A stretch of 56,882 nt of DNA, counting the filler, from Circinaria calcarea (taxonomy: Eukaryota): NCBI GenBank assembly GCA_051942165.1. It is 4 parts of 4 records of this genome, joined end to end, with 100 filler letters (N's around TTAATTAATTAA, not from the genome) between each part and the next. Parts side by side here need not be neighbours in the genome. Positions count along the whole stretch, not along the records: positions 42,780 to 56,882 come from JAVECS010000454.1; 3 more parts are not named here. The stretch is one strand, 5' to 3'. The position numbers were made by a program, and so were the translations under genes. Below, piece after piece: positions 46,889-56,882 of the stretch. Position 1 is the stretch's first letter. Each line of letters starts with the position of its first letter. Under the pieces are notes generated by a model. It made no database searches, was not told where the DNA came from, and worked only from the letters and a program-made list of their open reading frames with translations.

Positions 46889-49800
46889 ATGGCACCTTCA
46901 AAAGGCCGCCAACATGTCTCCAAGGCTACAACTCCATCCGATACATCTGTCACGGACGCGAAGGGCCCTAGCGCAGACCAAGCAACTCCAAGAAATGAAG
47001 ATGATGAATCCGCGGTATGCCCGCCCACTTGATAGAGACATTGAAGCTTCCCAAGAATTCTTAATACGGGATCTGAATGAAGCGTTGCGAGCCGTGCTAA
47101 TACCTTGAATAGGTTGTTCAGGAAACACCTGACGATAGCGTAAGTCTCAAATCTTCTAAACCCACCTCATGCTCTACTAATCTCATACATTTGCTAGAAT
47201 TCGGATACCAATCCAGATACGACTGCGAGCAGCATAGCGGGAGACACAATACATGTTGATGGGCGCGTACGTCGTACAGAGGCATCGAAACTGCGAAAGA
47301 GCGCATTTGGCAAGAAGCACAATCGACTTGATGAATCTAAGGTATTGTTCAACAACCTACAAGTGTGAATTCATTTCTCTATAACCCGGCTAACTGCGTT
47401 GTTATTGTTGTAGGAGGATGACTCAATACGAAGGTTTCGCTACCTACTCGGCCTTACTGACCTCTTTCGCCATTTCATCGACACAAACCCGAATCCAAGG
47501 ATCAAACAAATCATGGCGGAGATTGATCGTCAAAACGAAGAGGACGCGCACAAAGCTAAGAAGGGTATAGCAAGAGCCGGCGGTGCAGCTGCAGAGCGAA
47601 GGAGGAGGACTGAACAAGAAGAAGACGCCGAGCTTCTGAAAGATGAGAAGCGAGGGGGACAAGGGGAAACGACTTTCCGGGAGTCGCCAGGGTTCATTAA
47701 AGGTGGGGAGATGCGCGATTATCAAGTGGCCGGACTCAACTGGCTGGTGTCTTTGCATGAGAACGGAATCTCAGGTATTCTGGCCGACGAAATGGGGTTA
47801 GGAAAGACGTTGCAGACGATTGCCTTTCTTGGGTATCTTCGACACATCCGTGGCATCAAGGGGCCGCACTTGATTACTGTTCCAAAGTCAACCTTGGATA
47901 ATTGGAAGCGCGAATTCGCCATGTGGACACCGGAAGTGGACGTTTTAGTGCTTCAAGGGGCAAAGGATGAGCGGCATCAACTGATCAATGATCGGCTGAT
48001 CGATGAAAAGTTCGACGTCTGCATTACGAGCTACGAGATGATTCTGAGAGAAAAAGCCCACCTAAAGAAATTTGCCTGGGAGTATATAATCATCGACGAG
48101 GCTCACAGGATCAAGAACGAGGAATCTTCCCTTGCACAAATCATTCGTCTCTTCAATTCGCGCAACCGTCTCCTCATTACGGGCACTCCTCTACAGAACA
48201 ACCTCCACGAGCTCTGGGCTTTGCTCAACTTCTTGCTTCCAGATGTGTTTGGTGATTCGGAAGCGTTCGATCAATGGTTCTCAAGTCAGAACGCGGATCA
48301 AGATACAGTCGTCCAGCAACTCCATCGAGTGCTAAGGCCATTCCTGCTTCGACGTGTCAAGAGTGACGTTGAGAAAAGTCTTTTGCCTAAGAAGGAGGTC
48401 AATTTGTACATTGGCATGTCAGATATGCAAGTTAAATGGTACAAGAAGATCCTGGAAAAGGATATTGACGCTGTCAACGGCGCTGCTGGTAAACGGGAAT
48501 CGAAAACTCGCCTACTCAACATTGTTATGCAACTTCGAAAGTGCTGCAATCATCCGTATCTATTCGAAGGGGCTGAACCTGGCCCGCCATACACCACGGA
48601 CGAGCATCTGATTTACAACGCGGGAAAGATGATAATGCTCGATAAGATCCTTGTTCGTATGAAGAGGCAGGGTAGCAGAGTTCTTATCTTCTCGCAAATG
48701 AGCCGAGTACTCGACATCCTTGAGGACTACTGTGTTTTCCGTGATCACAAATACTGCCGTATCGATGGATCTACGGCGCACGAGGATCGCATTGCTGCAA
48801 TCGACGACTACAACAGGCCAGGCTCAGAGAAATTCGTGTTTCTCCTTACTACTCGTGCTGGCGGGCTTGGGATCAACCTGACGAGTGCGGATATCGTTGT
48901 TCTTTTTGACAGCGACTGGAACCCCCAAGCAGATCTTCAAGCTATGGATCGTGCTCATCGAATTGGGCAGACAAAACAAGTAATCGTGTTCAGATTTGTG
49001 ACCGAACAAGCAATCGAAGAAAAAGTGCTTGAGCGCGCAGCACAGAAGCTTCGACTTGACCAGCTCGTCATCCAGCAAGGTCGTGCTCAACAAGCCGCAA
49101 AAGCTGCCGCGTCGAAGGACGAGCTCTTGAACATGATCCAACACGGCGCCGAGAAGGTCTTCGAGAGTAAAGGCGCAACAGGTGTTTTAGGAAGCAAAAC
49201 GGATTTGTCAGACGATGATATCGATGCCATACTCAAGCATGGCGAAGAGCGAACAGCGCAATTGAACGCTCGATACGAGAAGCTTGGTATTGATGATTTA
49301 CAGAAGTTTTCTTCTGAGAATGCCTACGAATGGAATGGCGAAGACTTTACGAAGAGTAAGAAGGAAATCGGGGTCAGTTGGATAAATCCATCAAAGCGCG
49401 AACGCAAAGAGCAGTCCTACTCCATGGATAAATACTACCGACAGGCTCTCTCGACAGGTGGTCGGATAGCAGATACGAAGCCCAAGGCTCCTCGAGCCCC
49501 TAAGCAGATACAGGTCCATGATTATCAGTTCTTTCCACCTTTACTCCGAGAACTACAAGAGCGTGAGACGGCTTGGTTCCGCAAAGAGATTGGCTATAAA
49601 GTTCCGCTCACTGATCGAGAGGATATGGACGAAAGTGACAAAGAGGCAGAGCGGGCACTCGAGCAACAAGAGATTGACGATGCCACTCCACTGACAGAAG
49701 AAGAGCAGGAGCAGAAAGCACGTATGTCTGAACAAGGTTTTCTTCACTGGAATCGCCGTGATTTCCAACAATTCATCAACGGCTCTGCAAAGCACGGCAG

Positions 49801-50563
49801 GAGCAATTTCGCCGAGATTGCGGAGGAGGTTGACGGTAAGAACGAGAAGGAGGTTCGTGAGTATGCGAAAGTATTTTGGTTGCGGCATACTGAGATTATG
49901 GATTATCCCAAATACATTGCAACTATCGAGGCTGGTGAGGACAAAGCACGTAAGGTCGACCATCAGCGGACGATGCTGAGGAAGAAGATGGCCATGTACC
50001 GTGTTCCGCTACAGCAGCTTAAGTTAAATTACTCTGTGTCAACAACGAATAAGAAGGTGTATACCGAAGAAGAAGATCGCTTTCTACTGGTCCAGCTTGA
50101 CAAATTTGGAGTGGACGGCGAGGGCATCTACGATAGAATCCGAGACGCGATCCGTGAAAGTCCTCTGTTCCGCTTTGATTGGTTCTTCCTCAGCAGGACC
50201 CCTCAGGAAATTGGACGAAGGTGCACGACTCTGTTGACCACCGTGGCAAGAGAATTTGAGCCTAGTGAGGGCAAGATGGCTAACGGAAATGGGGGTTCTA
50301 AGGGTAGAGTACGGGAGGAGGACGACGAGGACTTGGAAGAGGACGAAGGTCCGGCCAAGAAGAAAGCGAAGAACGGTGTAAAGGTCTGTTTTCCAGCACG
50401 CCGACAATGATTATCTTGCTGACCAGCTTTTCTTAAGAACAAGCCGCTGGATGCTGTCAAGAATGGAACTAAGTCGACAACCACAGCGCAGACATCACGA
50501 GCTGGCAGTGTTATCTCAAATGGATCAGGGACAAAAGGAAAGGGCAAAGGTAGGAAAAAGTAA
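46889..50563 (+). CDS. ISW2: ISWI-family chromatin-remodelling ATPase; introns 47015-47112, 47140-47197, 47342-47413, 50384-50437
   Basis: [43 protein letters not shown], then HAND-SANT-SLIDE ([22 protein letters not shown]). Confidence 0.97.
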
Positions 50564-50923
50564 TGATAGGTGTCGAACGGCAGGAGTAAACCGGTGCAGG
50601 CAAGGCGTTTGTGGAAAGCCGGCTAGAACATAGCTTTGGCATTGCATGATATCCTACTTACGGACAGTAGCTCACCCGTGTACCATATCAATGATAGACA
50701 GATCTTAGATGAATTGAATGATCCAAAACAACCGCACCTTTCGACGAAGTAGTGCACTCTTAGCAATTGTAAACGAGCTTCGACGCCAAAGACCCTGAAT
50801 GCCTGGACCTCGGCTCACTCGGCCAGCTTTGCCGACAAATGCGCGAACAGTTCTATATACCAGTGTACTAAGCTTCTCATACTCTGTATACAAGACCTTC
50901 AGGAGATGGATTTCCGGGAAAAC

Positions 50924-52666
50924 ATGGCAGAACTCGTCCCCCGACTGCAATATACCCCTATCGACTCGATTCCTCCAACTGTAAACCGGCTCCGCTCCAC
51001 CTTCAACTCCCAGAAAACAAAACCGATCCAGTTCAGGCTGATACAGCTACGGAAGCTCTACTGGGGCCTCAAAGACAATGAACCCGCAATCCTGGAAGCA
51101 TGCAGAAGCGACTTGGGAAGATCATCCTTCGAGGTTTATACTTCGGAGATCGATTGGTGTAAGAACGATATCGTCTTCGTGTGCAACAACCTTGAGAAGT
51201 GGGCCAAGGACGAGAAGGCTCCCGATCAGCCACTAACAAACACCTTGATGAGCCCAAAAATCCGAAAAGATCCATTGGGATGCGTCCTTATTATCGGGTA
51301 TACATCTCCCCAGTTCTAGTGTGTTCGATTAGCCAAGGTCAACCATTCTAACCATGCTGGAGCACACAGCACGTACAATTTCCCTTTCCAGCTTTCCCTT
51401 GGACCTCTCATCGGGGCCATTGCAGGTGGAAACACTGCTGTTCTCAAGCCCAGTGAAAATGCACCAGCTTGCGCGGCCGTTATCCAACAAATCGTTTCTG
51501 CCTCGCTCGATCCCTCCTGCTTTGCCTGTGTTCAAGGCGGAATAACCGAGACTACTGCATTGCTCGATCAGAAATGGGATAAGATCTTCTATACTGGCAG
51601 CCAGAGCGTCGGTAGGATTGTGGCAATGAAGGCTGCCGAGACTCTGACACCGGTGACACTGGAATTGGGGGGAAAGAATCCAGCGATTATCACGAAGAAT
51701 GCCGACGTCAGGCTAGCAGCGAGGAGGTTACTTTGGGGAAAATTTATGAATGCAGGCCAGGTTTGCATCAGTCAGAATTATACCCTCGTAGATGAAGAAG
51801 TTTTGCCAGGGTTCATCCAGGAATTGAAGGCAGCCATGAAGTCATTCTACCCGGACGGAGCGAAGGTGTCTCCAGACTATGGTCGAATCATAAATGAAAG
51901 ACAATGGAGAAGATTAAAAAGTATGCTTGAGAGCAGCAACGGTAAGATTTTAATAGGGGGCACGATGGACGAAAGTGATAGATTCCTGGAGCCAACCGTC
52001 GTCCAGGTCGACGATCCAACAGATACTTTGATCGCCGAAGAAAGTTTTGGCCCCATTATTCCAATCATGCCAGTGAGGGATCTTGATCAAGCTATACGGA
52101 TTGCCAATGAAGTCGATAGCACACCACTTGGGGTGTATCCCTTCGGTACCAAGAAGGAGACTGACCGCGTTCTGCGCGAGATCCGATCTGGAGGCGCTAC
52201 CGTGAACGACGCGTACTTCCATGGCTGCATACCAACACTTGCCTTTGGCGGCGTTGGGTCGTCTGGGTCAGGCTCGTATAGAGGCAGAGCCAGTTTCGAT
52301 TGCTTCACGCACAGACGCAGCATAACCAAGACACCCGGCTGGATGGAGAGTCTACTCGATGTTCGGTACCCGCCTTACCTGGGTAAGCTCAAGAAAATGC
52401 AGAAAATGAATACCCTGCCGGCAAACTTCGACCGGGATGGGAAGGTGAAGGTTGGTCTCGTCGAGTATATCTTGACTCTGGGTACGGGTTCGGCGACGGG
52501 TGCTTCGATAGGTTATGCAGCTATTTTACTTGGTGAAGCTGCCTGGCCATTATTTTCTACCTTGGAAATGACATAACATGCTAATATCATCTTAGCTGCG
52601 TTCCTGATGAGACAATATCTCGAGCAAAGATCTGAAACATCAGGTCGGACGAAATATGTGCCATAA
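50924..52666 (+). CDS. Class-3 fatty aldehyde dehydrogenase (Hfd1/CarD-like) with C-terminal TM; introns 51298-51369 and ~52534-52595
   Basis: PLGCVLIIG|TYNFP, LKPSE, IFYTGS, LELGGKNP (catalytic Glu), AGQVCISQ (catalytic Cys), EESFGP, AFGGVGSSG. Alternative ATG at 50906. Confidence 0.93.
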
Positions 52667-53298
52667 CGGGGTCTAAGCATGCTCATGAATGGATGTTATT
52701 GAGTGGTATTTTGGTATCTATGAGCTTCTATGATTTGCTGTATTATACTTAACTCTGCTGCTAGCGTGGCCTTGATTCTTAGATCTGATCTCTAATTAAG
52801 CGTGAGTAGATCGGTTTTGCTCCTGGCAGAAACTACTGTGAGGGTTGTAGGATTTCGACAATTCATTAAGGAACTTCCTCTGTTCAACTTTCTCATCTCT
52901 CCCTATTGCCTTTCAATTTGGCTTCCATGCTCGACTCGCGTTCCATTTCATAATTCCCTCCCGTTCGGAATTGGTCCTCGGTTTTGTAAGTGATTTCGTT
53001 GCGTGTTAGCTGGCTGTGTGGCTTTGAATGAATATTCGCATTTGCAGTGTGTCTAACTGATAAGGTGAAGATAAGACTATCCTTTCCATTCGCAATGGTC
53101 CCGGTTCAATAGACCCTCTGCTGGATCGGATACTATTGGTTTTCACGTTCCGGGTGATAAAAATACACCGCTGCCAACCGTACTCCCCAAAGCATCCTTG
53201 TCCACGCTCGGTCTATCATCGTTGAACGTACTGCGATTGCTGAAACAACAAAATCCTCTCGATTCTTTTATTCCAGGAGACCCTCGCCTTTCCCTTTA

Positions 53299-54534
53299 TC
53301 AGAGTGACTCCGAAACCCTGATAGCACTCATGCTCAGGATCATGGCCGTCGCATAAAGAATTGCCTGAGATCCGCTGAGAAACAACGAGCTGGTAACTAC
53401 AAAGGTGGCATACAAGTAGACACCAACAGCTAATGCCTCAATGGTTGACTCGAACCAGCCCCAACTATTTTCGGTGCGCATTTTGATAGTGAGCATGAAA
53501 TGCGGTTCCGAGTCCTTACAGGGGGAATGGGGGGAAGGAATAATTAGATATGTTACCAGCTTAGAGTTGAATCCGGTGTTGGCGTAAACCTTACTCCTAG
53601 GTGTTTGTGAAAACGCCATTTCGAGTGCGCCGTCTGTGGAAACTTTGGCACGGGGAGCACGGTACGAGAGGAGTATAAGATCAAGCCGAGTTCGACGTAC
53701 ACCGGGTGAGTCTTCGCTGTATGTTATTTGGATGCTTTCAGCGAGAACATGAAGAAGTGCAATCGCAATTATCAACCAGAACAGACAGGCCATCGGCCTA
53801 TATCCGGAGTTAGCTCTCGCCTTTCTATTTAAGGATCTAGCTAATTTACCAGCAAGTCAGAAGCCATGAGTATTCGCACCTCCAGGTTACTACTGTCTGA
53901 AGACCAACAGTGATATTGCGCCATAGCATAACGCTGGCCAACGCGAGGATAGCTGCATCAATCAACAACGTTCTGGCAAGTTGAGAGCTCCCTCTCCGAC
54001 TTGGTTTTCGCACAGGAATTAGCCATTGACGGGTTCGAGGATCGCTGGTCTTCTTGTCCGCAAGGTGAGGAAGGTGCACTTGAAGTTGCCAGAACAGTCC
54101 AGACGGGAGGCCCACGCCGAACATGCATGTTGCAGCAGCTCGATGAGGTGATATGAAGGCAAGCTGCACCAGGTCAAGGGGTGCAGCCCCTACGGATGAA
54201 GAATTAGTCGACTCACGAAGATTACTGTGAGCTCCAGGAGTGGCATACCAACTATCACCAATATCGTTGGTACCAGCGAGGCAATGTTGGCTCCGCTCTG
54301 CATACCAGCAGAAATGTCAGATGGCAGACCATCCAGAACACACTTTACCAGCCCTGAACATTCGCCGAAGTTGAAGGTCCTGTTGGGTTTAAAGGAGCAC
54401 TCCTGGACGGCAGCTTGCGTGCGAGCGTCACTGGCTAAGCCAATCGCGCGATTGACCGCCGCACCGACAGGCACAGAAAAGAGAGTTAAGACGCCAAAGG
54501 GTGAGTACGGGTATAGAGAAGGTAAAGATTTCAT
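53299..54534 (-). CDS. Uncharacterised multi-pass membrane protein with signal-like N-terminus, two introns
   Basis: Three ORFs joined by GTATGC..ACTAAT..TAG (~54190-54249) and GTAAAT..GCTAAC..TAG (~53798-53849); several hydrophobic helices. Confidence 0.72.
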
Positions 54535-55946
54535 GCTGGGGATACTTGATCAAGTGTTCTGTAAGGCAGGCACGGAGTTTGCTACAAATTGGTGGCGCAG
54601 GCAATCTAAACGTCAAAGATGTTGGAGTGCTTGAATTGTGTCTGAAGATGCACAATGATCTGATAGTAAGGCTGGAAGAGCAGTATCATTGGGTGTTTCT
54701 GGCAAAAAGATTGTCTTAGCTGAGCGACAACTGTCTCGAACATGTCTCCTACAGGAGGATAATGGTAATCACCACGATCCCGTCCGTCAAATGCCATACA
54801 GAGAGAATATTACCGGTCTACCACATACCACTCACTAGGCCTATCCCACACCAAGGAGAACGCTCAGCCAACTTGGAGGGCAGGGATGAAAGCCGAAGGA
54901 GTCGAGAGCCCCGGGTGTGCGTTATCCCTCCGCCTAAGAGGTTCCGACTTTCAATGGCGAACACGCCGCAGCAAGCCTAATACCTTCCACACAATTTGTA
55001 CTGTATTTTGGCATGACGGAGGGTGTTTCACGCCCTATTATCAGAGTCTCATCATCGGAGCGGGGATCTACCATCGGAGTCATCAATCTACGGCCATCAG
55101 TTCCACTATGCAGAAAACACTCGGAATCCTCTCCAGAGATTACAACTTCAGCGCCAACGTGCCAAGGTGAAGGACGAAGTTCAAATCAAAACAATGAATA
55201 GGCAAGGGGTACTCCATCATGCAAGGAGTGTTGGTACTCGGACAATTTCGGTGCCTAGCGTGATGTTCTGCTACGACGAACACGGGCTAAGAAGCGAGCC
55301 GACCCCACATTCCAAAGATTCGGCTTCCGGCACCCGGCGCCACGATTGAATCTTACATAAGCACTTTATCTTTGTAACGATGAGGCTCAGAGGCGTTGAG
55401 GACCACACCTGGACCACTGAGATCGAAGAATTCCAAATGGGTGAAGGGCTTTTGGATATGAGGTTGCCTGTGCCTTTGCCCTGTTTACCATGGCTTGCTT
55501 TCAGCTCGGTTGCCAGAGGTCATTTGTTTGTTGCGCTGTTTGGGAAATTGCCGCCAAGGTTATTTGATTAGAGGCCCAATCTCCTCAAGTCTACTCCTTA
55601 CTCCTTACTCCTTACAGCCTACCTACACTAAATGCCGGGTAACAGCAGCCAGTGGCGCAACCAACCAGGTTGCACCAATTCCATATCTTGATCTCCATTA
55701 GGTTGTGCACAGTTAGAAGGTCTCGAGCATATTCCCAAGACTCCTTAGGCATGATTTCCTGCACACCGCTTTAAGGCTGGTCATACGCCGCGCTGTAATG
55801 GTGGTAAGGCTTTGCGGAGTGCCTCGAGAATGTTACTCTCCTTTTCCTGCTTTTTACTTTTTCGCTATGGAATGTGGATAGAAGATTTGGCATGACATGG
55901 GAACAGCTATTCGTTTGCTCCGACCCTTCTTTTGCGGGCACAAGCC

Positions 55947-56882
55947 ATGTTTCGTATCATTCGTCTTCGGCTGAGCGCTCTCTCACTTCCAGCTGCATTT
56001 CTCAGCGGTGTCGCCATCGTCGTGCTCTTGATTGTTTACGGCACCCGCAGCGATTATGATGAGCTACATCCATTCATCGGAGAACTCCTACCCGCCGGCC
56101 ACTGTTTATGCCACTCGAGTGCCAATTTCGAATGTACTACCTGTCTTGATCAAGTTAATAGCGTCCCTAACTCCGTTCTTGACGGTAACTGGGATTTTTT
56201 GTACGGACGAGATGGCGGCAATGAGGGACTGGACGCAACCCAGTGCAGGCATGCTTTCCCAGGCCTTTTTGAGGATATTGACAGGGCGGCCAAGGCCCGT
56301 AAAGGCAGAAAGATTGAGAAAAATGAACTAGATGCCATGAAGATATACAGAGGAATGGTTCGGGCAATGATATACGCAGGGGAGTTGTATGTTATCGAAG
56401 TCCTCTGCATGGGCGAAGACCACCGAAAGAAGGTGGTCTCCGTTCTCTCATCAATCTTCCGTGCTATGACTGCTATACCTTCTCGCAAAGTCATTCCTGA
56501 CATCGAATTCTTCTTCACGATCGAGGATATGGCAGACGATCCCAACGTTCCGCTGTGGGTACTTACCCGGCGAATGCAGGACGAAAAGGTCTGGTTGATG
56601 CCTGACTTTGGGTTCTGGAGCTGGAACATTGAAGGCATAGGTCCGTATAGCCAAGTTGTGTCTGAAATCGCTACAAGGGATGCAGACCCGGATGAAAGAT
56701 GGTCAAAGAAGATTCCAAAACTCGTCTGGCGCGGAAAACCGTCGTTCAACTTTAAGCTACGACGGGCCTTGCTTGACGCAGCAAGAGGCAAACCTTGGAG
56801 CGATGTACGATCGATACAATGGAAGAGTGAGGCGAGCATGCGGGATGACTTTATCAGCTCGGTGGATCAGTGCGATTACATG
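55947..56882 (+). CDS. Glycosyltransferase family 90 (CAP10/POGLUT-like, DUF821), type II membrane protein; continues past the window end
   Basis: Open frame MFRIIRLRLSALSLPAAFLSGVAIVVLLIVYG...QCRHAFPGLFEDI...MVRAMIYAGELYVI...IPDIEFFF...VWLMPDFGFWSW...KKIPKLVWRG. Absent from the ORF track because there is no stop in the window. Confidence 0.9.
   Translation, partial: MFRIIRLRLSALSLPAAFLSGVAIVVLLIVYGTRSDYDELHPFIGELLPAGHCLCHSSANFECTTCLDQVNSVPNSVLDGNWDFLYGRDGGNEGLDATQCRHAFPGLFEDIDRAAKARKGRKIEKNELDAMKIYRGMVRAMIYAGELYVIEVLCMGEDHRKKVVSVLSSIFRAMTAIPSRKVIPDIEFFFTIEDMADDPNVPLWVLTRRMQDEKVWLMPDFGFWSWNIEGIGPYSQVVSEIATRDADPDERWSKKIPKLVWRGKPSFNFKLRRALLDAARGKPWSDVRSIQWKSEASMRDDFISSVDQCDYM

Noticed and set aside
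14842..52666. Sphingolipid cluster (C9-methyltransferase, SDR, fatty aldehyde dehydrogenase)
   Set aside because: The ALDH is on a different contig, and the SDR has no feature tying it to sphingolipids.
55013..55360. Frame with Cys/His motifs interrupted by two TAG codons, suggesting readthrough or A-to-I editing
   Set aside because: No recognisable domain; stop density is compatible with non-coding sequence.

Overview
This is eukaryotic DNA from a filamentous ascomycete (Pezizomycotina-type gene set; short GT-AG introns with CTRAC/CTRAY branch points). The window is four unrelated ~14.1-kb contigs joined by artificial 100-nt N-TTAATTAATTAA-N linkers at 14181, 28432 and 42680, so neighbourhoods across linkers are meaningless. 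Contig 1: TBC Rab-GAP (GYP2/MDR1), an orphan repeat-expanded coiled-coil protein with a C-terminal transmembrane (TM) helix, a GST, a 77-aa microprotein and DNA polymerase eta. Contig 2: sphingolipid C9-methyltransferase, an SDR, a long WRN/EXD2-type 3'-5' exonuclease, LSM5 and an N-terminally extended RPB11. Contig 3: two HET-domain pseudogenes, PQ-loop transporter plus GTR1, a DUF6594-like membrane protein, a prion-like ORF, a stand-alone HeLo-like protein and a truncated C6 transcription factor. Contig 4: AP-3 mu (truncated), DMAC1/DUF4536-like, HAPSTR1-like, ISWI ATPase, fatty-aldehyde dehydrogenase, an unknown membrane protein and a GT90 glycosyltransferase running off the end. I recognised no tRNA, rRNA, CRISPR array or intact transposon. 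All family assignments come from motif recognition by eye; no database search was run. I cannot show a new system; the best leads are the KASH-like coiled-coil gene, the cell-death/allorecognition-like island on contig 3 and the extended RPB11.
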